Assembly (NCBI GenBank): GCA_964187785.1
Contig: OZ076409.1
Coordinates: forward strand, 22,384,001 to 22,448,000
Length of the DNA stretch: 64,000 nt
Direction: 5' to 3'
DNA from: Amphiscolops sp. MND2022
Lineage: Eukaryota
Shown here: positions 50,722-60,607 of the stretch, piece by piece
Layout: each line of letters begins with the position of its first letter
How positions within the stretch are numbered: the first letter of the stretch is position 1
Made by a program: the position numbers and the translations under genes
The notes under the pieces: model-generated
Databases searched by the model: none
What the model was told of the DNA's origin: nothing
What the model saw: only the letters and a program-made list of their open reading frames with translations

Positions 50722-53700
50722 ATGGCTGACTATCCAAACAACTCAATGCCTGCAACAGGGCCTCATAGTGCAAGGCCTCAGGAACCTGCGCGAGCGCAGA
50801 GGGTCAACCAGGCCCAGTATGTAGAAGACCGTTTGAGAAACGCCCGCCTTCCACCAGTAGCCGTAGCTGGTGTGGCCGCCTTGCTCACCCAGCTTGAGAC
50901 TATGCAAACGCTGCCGGGCGTATCCTTCTCAATCGTGGCGGAGGTAGCTGGCTACCACCGCACCTTAACCTGCCTGAACAGTGCTTGGGACGGATACAAT
51001 CTAACCCACCAATTCCTGGACGAGCGGTCCACTGCAACGTATGGCCGAAGCCAGGGCACCAGATTTGAACAAGAGGCTTCATTGCGTATGATACCTGCCA
51101 ACGTTCCATCATTGCCACCGCCCCCAGTACCAAAGCCAGTGCCGATGACGCCGACCTATTCTGGCTCGCCTGTTTTTGGGACACCGTAGAGGGCGCCGCA
51201 CAAGGTGTTACAAACCTCAACTAATCCACCAGTCTCTGATCGGGAGCCCTCGGTGTCCCGGTTGCCACCAATACCAAATCCAGATTTAACCGGGCGAAGT
51301 ACCGGCGAACAAGCTGTGATAGTGGCCCTACAGGCCGTTGCCAACTATCCCAATTCCTCCGACTTTGTCCGGGCCGTGGAACAACGAATCCCTTGTCTGG
51401 CCACTTACTTGCAAGCTGCCGCTCAGCCCTCGGGCTGTGATCCTCCCGCCACTTTTGTCGAGACAGCATCCGTGGACGCTGAGATCCCAGCTGGACCGAG
51501 TGGAACTGCCATGGCTGGTCCCCGTGAGGAGGCCGGGCGAAAGCGACTGACAGGAGAGAATGCCGCTGTTGCCCACACTAGCTCGGTAACAGAAAGCCCA
51601 ACCAGTCGTCCCCTCCGGACAAGCGTGCCGATGTGCCTCAACCACAAATGAAAAGCGTAGTAATCGTTAGGCCTCCATATCGTGTAGGCCACCGGGGCCG
51701 AAGTGCGCCCCAAATGACCATGGAGGAAGCTATCGAACAGTACGGAAACCCGGATGCAGGCCCTGAAGTGAGCTCCGTGCCCTCGGGCACAGGTCCCGCC
51801 AACATGTCTCTGGAGGCGGCTGAAGCCATAGAAGAAACCCGCCCGCCAGCTTTCCTCCCCCATCTGATGACGTGTCTGGCTCAGTGGTAACCAGTGATAG
51901 CAAGCGAATCTGGATGGCCGCTGAACGCTTGCACGCAAACATGTGTGCGATCAAAAGGAGAGCGCCCCCCACCGAAGCCGACCAGAGAGAGGTAAATCGG
52001 ACCACAATTCCAGCGCAGGTTACTTGGCTACTGCGCCCCTGTGACGCGGACATGACCGATTAAGCTTGGGAGCAGCGCGCTCGAGAACAGCTGCCAACAA
52101 AACCGAATGACTACATGGCACCCGTACAGCACAATATCACCGAACAGTTCCCCGCACGGTATATACTTCGAGAAGGTGAAACGTGGGAGGCAAATGCCCG
52201 CTACGCCCGCAACATCATCTCCATGAAGCCCCTACTGAAAGGTGCCTTGCAGCGAGCGCGCTACTGTGTGGCGGTTGATTCCACCTGTAAGAGTGACTTG
52301 CCCATTGACAATTTGATGCCTGACGTGTTAGTGTTAACTATGCCCTTATCCCGCTTCGCTGAAGTAGCCGAAATGGTCGGATTGATGTACGATCCGAACT
52401 TGAGAGGATCACTGAAGAGCCACCCCCACAGCGCGTGATCATCGCCAATTTGCTGGATCATATGGTGTGTGAAGGGTTGTTGCGTGAGTTGGATACTATC
52501 ATGACCGACACCCGACGACCCGGAAACGGCGCAGCCCTAGTAAACGTTGTTGCTGACGCGATGGAGCATGCCGCGGGGATCCTTCGTGGTCGCCTGGGAG
52601 CGCTAGCGCTCTTCGTGTCCCCGCCGGAATTTATGTACTGGCGACAGAGCTTGCAGCAATTTGTTTACATCCCGCTAGAGGTGTGCAAAGCGCGCAGGAT
52701 CGAGTTCGCCATCTGTGCCCCAAACCTTCGAGTGGAGCGTGGAGACCTACGCCCTGATGTATTGTCCTACGCAGCTTTCTTTGTTGCCATCTCCAGAGTA
52801 TTGATCGCTGTGGAACGTTCAGGAAATGCACAACTGACGATAGATGATGCTGTACTCTTCGATCATGGCACGCGCATGTGACGAATGGCCTTTGATCTTG
52901 ATGGCGACCGCGCCTAGCGGGAGTCTAATGTGACCGAGCGAGAGGCTGTCCGGCGTTACAACTGGTTAGTACGCAAAGACAAGGAGATTCCCGTGCGGAC
53001 GTAGTTGGCAGAGCTGGTGAAACAGATTGGAGCATGGCCTGCCGCACGCACGGTCGAAAGGACTATTCCCCAAACCCACTTTGCCGCGGGAATTGAACCT
53101 GTCAAGCTATCTGTAGGCCTAAGACATATCGTGGCCGCCGAAGCAACCAACTTGAATATCGAGGTTGATGCCGCTAGCATGACATACGCCCAATGGTACC
53201 AAACAAAATTCATAAACAGAACCCTCGCAGAAGTAGCTCGAGAGCTCGACTGTCCCATGGAAGCCTTCTGCACCAGTCTCGGCCTGGGATGGAACATTGA
53301 TGTAGTAGCTGCCGAGTTTTCACTCACCACCATACAGGCTGATAAACTGTTGAAGACCATCGGAGAAGCCACCGTTGGAGAGGTGCTGGCGCTCGCGCTA
53401 GCGATGGGTCCGGCGAAGTTTGTAGCTGGCCCTCTGGTTTTGCTGGTCGACATAGTGATATCTTGCGACTTGACCTCATTCTACAGTTATCTGATCCTCG
53501 CACAGGGGCAACTACGTAGTCTGACCCGTTGGGGCCACCTGATGACCTCCAAGGACCAACAGGATTATTCTGCCCAATTGGAACGCATGCGTGCGTCTGT
53601 CCAACACGAAAGAGCATGGCCCCGTCAACTGGTACTCCGCACCCCTCAGCTTGGACGGAGTTCCCTTCCGATTTCCATGGTGCCAAGATTTTGTGCGAAA

Positions 53701-54033
53701 GGTGATTCGCGCCAGCACTAGTGCTGGTCCACCCATAGACCCTCTGTACAGTTTCAAATGCATTACCTTCCCGAACCGATACTGGAAGGAACCGCTGGGT
53801 TGGCCAAGAGCAAAGCCCGTCGGACGTGCCCCCGAGATTTTCAACCGACAAATTCAACATTTGGAGTTGGCACAAATCCCGAGTTGGATCGAGGGCGCCG
53901 CCCAAATCAGACAAAGGAACCTCCAGTGTCGTATCACTCCATTCCCCAGAAAATCTACGTGGAAGCCCCAGGGCAAAATGACGATGTCGGGACGCTGCAC
54001 GACGAAATCAACTCCGTGCTGGGCCCCCACTCC
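50722..54033 (+). pseudogene. Element B ORF3 (env position), ~1100 codons, decayed and 3'-truncated; contains an SGNH-hydrolase-like domain
   Basis: Chain of + ORFs at 50722, 51205, 51633, 51872, 52115, 52435, 53005, 53591 and 53758 separated by single stops or frameshifts, with coding-like composition. Confidence 0.75.
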
Positions 54034-54690
54034 TGGCACCTAAACATGTTAAAGGTGAAAGACCTGCCAGAAATGGTACTACAACAAGCAGAGGTCGCCG
54101 CCCGCGGAGAACGAGCGCAAGAGACGACTAAAAAGACGTCTATCCCTTCTGTAGAACACGCTATTGTGCCCATCCCTGGGAGATTAACACTACTTTAGCA
54201 GCAGAAACCAGTGTTCCCGATGCTTGCCTGAGAATCCCTGCGGTGTCCTGTGTGGTGACTAGCGCTAGCGCTGGGAAGCCGAGGTCAATTTCCATCAAAT
54301 GACTCAAACTCTTGATTTTATTGTGCTTTTCCTTGCAGTAAATTGATATGCTCGAGAGCTGTCCCTTAACATCTGTATTTACCCAATTTGGCGATGTCGA
54401 TTTTATCAGATTCTCCAATACTATGGCTCAACCTTCTCTAGTTTTCAGCCCCCTTTTTCAAAGGCTAGTCGAGCAGTGGTCTTGGGTCATGCAAGATGCC
54501 TGTTGTTTTTAGCAATTACAGACTAGGACCAGGCCAGAGAGTTTCTTACAAGACGGTTCCCCCACCTTGGGACTGGCTCCTTTGGAGGGAAAATGAGCTA
54601 GGGCCGCGGAGATCTAGGTCCCGGATCCTATTCGCTGCTCTGGTTCCTCCATTCTACGTTGCGGTTCAAGCGCCAGCGCTTATCGTTACA
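54034..54690 (+). repeat. 3' LTR of element B, lacking its first 59 bp and the PPT
   Basis: Matches 37871-38526 and ends CGTTACA. Confidence 0.9.
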
Positions 54691-54877
54691 AACACTCAGG
54701 ATGTCAGAAAAATTAAGAGAGCCTTCTAGGCTCGCAAAAGACTTTGTTTCTGCTGACGAATTGAAGCGAGTTCGAGTGGAAAAGTATTCTGAAAAAGCAA
54801 GCAAAAAACCATTGCAATAAAAACAGTTTAGTGCGCGACTGTGCTTGTCAGAGTCTGTCACTAAGACTGGATCTTCG

Positions 54878-54962
54878 CCCTAACCGCTAGGCCAAGTGGC
54901 ATTGGAATTGAAGTTACATCATGTAACTTCAATTCCAATGCCACTTGGCCTAGCGGTTAGGG
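54878..54962. repeat. Perfect palindrome, 42-bp arms with a 1-nt spacer
   Basis: CCCTAACCGCTAGGCCAAGTGGCATTGGAATTGAAGTTACAT-C-reverse complement. Confidence 0.97.
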
Positions 54963-57900
54963 ATGATCATGGAGCAAATTGGTTGAAATTTATGAAAGTT
55001 TTTGAAAGTTCACGTTTTACTCTGACTGAGAAGAAAAGAAAACTTGCCACTGTAAACGTCTGCGTTTTTTGAAACACTGATTAAAAATGGTGACAGTAGG
55101 AAATTTTTTTTCTGGCTTGAAAATACTAGCGTTGGATCACACTGGAAGTTGCCGATGGTTACTTTCAAGGAGCCGTGAATCACATTGGACAAAGGAAACG
55201 AACTGAAGCAAATGATAAACATAAAACGAAATAAACATAAACACACTAACTATGAAAAGTGAAAAAGCCACAATTAGTGAACCTGAAGTTTTCCGCGACT
55301 TTGAAGGTATCGAAGCTACTTAAACCGAGACTCAACCAGACATATGATTCGCTGTTTGTGTTGGGAACCCTTGAACCAGTGGCCAGCTCTTTTTCCCAAA
55401 AATGGCAATTTTTTTTCCAAACGGTTGGATGAAAAAGGTAATAAACACATGACCGTAAATCTGTGCTGAATATGAAGTACAATTTTATGATAGAAAAAAT
55501 TTCTGAACTGAAACCCCTATTTTGTATTGAACTATCTTTCTCAAAAGTGTCACACTCAAAGTTCCTCGGGGAAGATAATCTTTCTAATGCAATTTGGCAA
55601 ATTTTCCTGCAACATCAAAAATTTTTTAGATACGTTTTCATGAGATTTTTAGATGAAAGCGTTTAAAAAGTCCCTAGTTAATCAGTGATTGCTTCGATAG
55701 AATGGTAAATTCCAGGAAACTACAATACTTTGCGAGATCATTTATTAACAGCATCACACGACGCATTTACAAAAGAAATAGGAACGAGCATTAACCATGT
55801 TTTGTGTAAACGGCCGCTCCTGATGATAGAAAAGGAATTGACGCCTTCTCGGACTTTCACCGGAGATATTTCTGAGAGAATGCCAGTTAGTCCAGCAATA
55901 ACAAATCCGGTGGACAAACTGATTTTGCTAAAGGCACCCAGAAGAGAAAATGTGTCGGAAGTAAGGTATTCAACTTCCCTGAGGTCAACAAACTGAAGCG
56001 AGACTTCGTATTCTCAGCCAAGTACTTCTTTCCTTCGTCTCAATTTCCTTCGATTCTTCTTCAAAGATTTCTCCGACGAATTCAAATTTTTGACTACGGA
56101 TTTCCCCAGAATCGATGATTGTTTCTGTTAATCCGGCATCTACACATGTCGGAATTTTCTCAGTGAAAGGTTGGAGCTTCTCTCTTCTGTCAAACATGCA
56201 ACGCGTCGCCATCGATTAACAAAAGTCAATTTTGAAGGGTAGTTTTATTTCGATATCTAAAACTGTTGACATTTTCTATATACAACGCCTCTCAATAACC
56301 TCGGCACGAAAACTGTTCTTTCCTGCAGACAGAAACACAAAACATTAGGGACCGCAAGGCAAAACGAATCAAAATAATTCAGACCTCATTCCAAAAACCA
56401 GGCTGATGTGAGCATCAGCGAAATGTCGACAGAAAACTTCAAGATTGCAAATGTTTTTATTTGAAAGTAATTTATCCCAGTACAGGGATTAGTCGAACTC
56501 ACTGGAATTCTTTTATTCAACTCAAGCCATAACATCAAAGCTTATAACTCAGTGTGTTCTGAGTAAAAAGAAAAACAATCATTATAAAACGGCCGAGAAC
56601 ATTACTCAGACCATAAAAACGTTAAGTCAAATTCATAGCACGTAATGCTATAACAGAAAAAAGTGCCAACACTTTTGATGTCAGAATAGAGAAATGTTTC
56701 CGATGAGCTGCACAAGTGCCAAGGACAATCCTCAGACCTCGTCGATATTAAAATGGGCAATTCCACGAAAAACGTAGAACGCTGGATGCTAGTGAAAAAA
56801 AATTGAGTTAAGCCATCGAAAAGTCTACTGATACTCGTGTTTTAATTTTCAGTTCATTAGAGTCTAGTTGTCGCTGCTTTATTTTTGCTACCATATGAGC
56901 AAAATTGTCCCACTATTCCTTGTAAACAAAAACTCTGACGCCGCTCCCTGGTATTTACAATTGGGTTTTCATTTTTCTGAAACACTCCGCATTTTATGAA
57001 CCAGTAATGTGAAACATGTACCATCTCGTCGAATGATATTACCTTATACTCTTGGATGTATTTTGCATTTTTTCCCGTGAAAGAAAAAGATATATTGTTT
57101 TTAACGGTTTCTTTTAATGGATGAAAGTATAACATATAACTTTGAGAGCTTATGGTTTTGTTTCCGTTTCAGGTGTGCACTTCAATTTCGAACCTATTAT
57201 TCAAAAACATTTTACTAATAATGAACCAATATGATTTATCACCATAAAAGATCTCCTGATATCCTTCGATGTCTCTCACAAAACTTGTTTTGCTTCCTGT
57301 TTTCGAGATACTGTTTTCAAACTGTTTGTTGTTGTCCATGAACTGATTACATAGGGAGCAAATCGCCTTGTTTCCTGGTCCAACGGTTTCCTCTTTCCCG
57401 CTTCCGTTAGGGGTTCGTTGTTTCGACAGCAACCTCTGAAGACGTTTAAATCTGTCGGTAAACCATATCTTTTTCAAAGAGACCTGCTCTTAGTTCGTTT
57501 TTGAAAGAATGTCAGTAGTGAGTAAGGGGGGTTAGGTAGATTTTGAATCCTTTGCAACTTTTGCTAACATGAAAATTTGGTAGCTAGAATTATCAGCTGA
57601 GAGTGACAGCTATATGACAACCGAGTACACAAAGGACTTACCAAGTTTAACGTTGACAGTGGTTGACATTTGGCACACAGAAAGTGTCTATATTAGATCT
57701 TTTACTATTATATTCTTGAACTGAAATCAAAACGAAGGTGAATGTGAAACTTACCATATAAGGTGTCAGAAGCGATACCCAGTAATATAAAGAAGAGCTG
57801 TAAATTTAACCAATTTGCCGAAATCTGATCATTTTGCCAAATTGACTGTTGCTGAAAGTTCCTAGCACAGAATATGGATTACTTCAGAAAAATACCGGTT

Positions 57901-58914
57901 AGCGACAACCAAAACATGCTGTTATACTGTGCTAGGAACAGCTTCGGTTTTGGACGGAAAACTCCATTTTAAAGGAAAAATTACATAACCGAGATAAGAT
58001 ATCCGAACCACTTATTTCCAAATTGAAAGCGATTTGGTTCTTCAGCACCAACATGTCATTTGTCTTACGCGAAATAGCTCCTCATTTCTACTACTTGGTT
58101 TTCTTCACTGAAGAAGAAAGTTTGGCTAGTGATCATCAGGAATCGCTACCCTATAAAAAATGCAAACCTGCAGATGAGCTTCAAAACAGATTTCCAGAAA
58201 ATCTTTGCCGCTTTATTAAGAAACTCCTGAAAAACACTCACTGCGAGTACAGCATCAGACGCCATGGAGAAGCTGAGGAAACGGAGCAGATCTTTGTTCA
58301 ACTATCCAGGGAGAGCATTTCGATATTCTCCTATACATCAAGTCATTCGTGGGCGCACAGAAATTCATTAAAAAACATTGGGTACCCAAAATCTGGGCAA
58401 CCAGAAGACATTGAAAGTGACGAATAGTCAAGTAAGGTTATTCAAAATTTACTACCCAGAGAATTGTCTCCTAACTGAGGCCCGTCTTAGCGGAAAGAGT
58501 TTATTCATTCACGGGAAGAAACTGTAAAAAATTTTGAATTCGAAACCAATCCCGGATTTGGAATGCAATTTCATTTTGATTTGGGAGCTGTAACTGAGCT
58601 GCTACACTACATTCAATGAAAGAGAAGACTCTGAAAATCTTTTGTTTCTAAGCCATAGATATAATTCTATCAAAATACAAAGATTTCAGGCATTTTTTGC
58701 ACAATGATTTTAGATGTTATTCCACAAGAAGATTTTAGGCAAATTCCATCAACGTACACTTTTAGACTTTATTCCACTGGAATAAGTCTTTCTAGATCCT
58801 ATTCGACCAAAATACAGTGAATTTAGTATTTATTTTCCAAATTATTGGTTTCTTCCCAAAAAAAATTGACTTTTGATTTTCCACAAATTTAAAGATTTTA
58901 GACAATATCCAACC

Positions 58915-59834
58915 TGTTGGCGCCAGTCATCAGAAAGCAGAGAAAGTCAATTTGGAACATGCTGGTTGAGAAACAAGAACTTAAAACTCTTCGAAACTTA
59001 GATGAAAATTTGAACGAAAACCTCACCTTGCTAAATCGAAAACCCCCCCAGTCGGGATTTTCTCTACAACTATTAACCATAGAGACTTGAAACTTGGCAC
59101 ACATATGCAAGTACATAATACGGACACACCGGCTAAGTTTCAAGGTCATTCCCCCATTATAACCCCCATTACCCCTCACATGTGTAGTATTCAAGGTCAT
59201 TGAGACAAAAATGTAAACATTGCTATTTACCCTTCTGACCACATTAGAATGCAGCTCTGTTGAAATTGATGATTTTTACATAGTGTAAACATGCTTCTGA
59301 GCCCACCTGACCAACATGCCAAAACCACCACATTCTTCGTTTACATAGCCAATAACTTTAATAATTCACTTAAATGTCATTTATTTATACAACATATTTC
59401 AACTGATATTTGCTTATACTTACTGTAGAATTGTAAACCATATGTATACCATTATTAGATAGAGATTTTCTCCACTGAATAGCTATAGTCAAGTTGGGTC
59501 TCAGGACCGCGAGACTAATTAATCAACTTCTCAATCTTCACAACTTTTCGCTAGAGTCAGAGCAACTAAGTAGCTACTCTCATAATAGGAGAGCCGGAGC
59601 GCGTGAAGATACTGTGAGGGAAGTGTGTACGGATCACATCGGATCCAAATCAGTGCAAAGAGGAATCGTAGGAGATTCCACGGGTCACATCGGACCCATC
59701 AAGCCAAAAGATACAGTCCTTTAAAACAAGAAACCAGGAATTGTTTAGTAACGGTCCACAGTACTAAGCAACGGATCAGGGCGGCGTAAAGTTTGTCAAG
59801 CCTCAGCGCAGGATAAGGGCAAGCAGCCGTTACA
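58915..59834 (+). repeat. 5' LTR of element E (920 bp)
   Basis: TGT...TTACA followed after 2 nt by the PBS; near-identical to 63214-64000. Confidence 0.9.
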
Positions 59835-59836
59835 TT

Positions 59837-59853
59837 TGGTCCGCCGACCCGGA
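59837..59853 (+). promoter_or_regulatory. Primer-binding site of element E (tRNA-Tyr-like)
   Basis: TGGTCCGCCGACCCGGA resembles the TGGTCCTTCGAGCCGGA PBS typical of BEL/Pao. Confidence 0.7.
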
Positions 59854-59959
59854 CAACTCGTTGGTGGACGACCCGGACTAGAAGAAGACGACTCGTTGGT
59901 GGACAACTGAGAAGATTGCCCAAGAAGAACAAGTGTCTGGATCTTGGAGTTGCTGATTT

Positions 59960-60240
59960 TGTGTCTCTGGGAGATTGGGCTACTGTGTCTCTGGGAGATT
60001 GGGCATTGTGTCTCTGGACGATTGTGCCACTGTGTGTCTGGGCGATTGTGCCATTGTGTGTCTGGGCGATTGTGCCACTGTGTCTCTGGAGATTGCACCA
60101 TTGAGACTCTGGGAGATTGTGCTATTGTAACTCTGAGAGATTGGGCTACTGTGTCTCTGGGAGATTGGGCTATTGTGACTCTGGGTGTTTGGACTATAGT
60201 GACTCTGGAGTTGGGACTACTGTGTACTCTGGGAGTTGGG
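59960..60240 (+). repeat. 24-bp tandem repeat (~11-12 copies) in the element E leader
   Basis: Unit ~TGTGTCTCTGGGAGATTGGGCTAC. Confidence 0.9.
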
Positions 60241-60607
60241 CTTTAGCGGCACTCTGGAGGTGTTTGTGCATCAATTCTATTTTTGAGACGAATTGTATTC
60301 TTTGGGATCGTATTCCTGATTGAAGCAAAGATCTGGTCTAAGACGTCATTGCAAGTAAATCCACCAAGTAAAGAAAAGGGATCAAGTCAGAGGGACAAGA
60401 TCCACCGAGACAATCAAGTTTGTCAAAGAAGGCAAGTATAATCGACAGTATTGGGTTGATTCTTCAAGAATTGACGATTGATTACCGGATTGAGCAGTTG
60501 ACGCTTTGTATCTGAGAAATTGCAGAGTTGGGAAAAGTGACAAAGAGTACAAGAAAAAATTGTGAAGAGCGAAAGCCCCCAGTGAAACAAAAGAGTCATC
60601 TGAACAA

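Larger units (their letters stand above)
37812..54690 (+). mobile_element. Element B: large (16.9 kb) Ty3/Gypsy LTR retrotransposon, same family as A, with a third ORF
   Basis: LTR pair, PBS, 2.6-kb leader, gag-pol and ORF3; flanks aaaac / aacac may be a 5-bp TSD with one mismatch. Confidence 0.95.

Noticed and set aside
936..53004. APOBEC/RIP-like hypermutation as the cause of the stops
   Set aside because: Inferred parent codons are mixed (Trp, Tyr, Gly, Gln); no single signature by eye
50722..54033. Classical env glycoprotein
   Set aside because: No signal peptide, furin site or clear C-terminal TM helix seen, although the 3' end is deleted
54830..54962. tRNA gene
   Set aside because: A-box-like motif only; no B-box or cloverleaf
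59960..60240. Repeat-protein ORFs or CRISPR-like array
   Set aside because: ORFs on both strands are by-products of a 24-bp tandem repeat; no spacers
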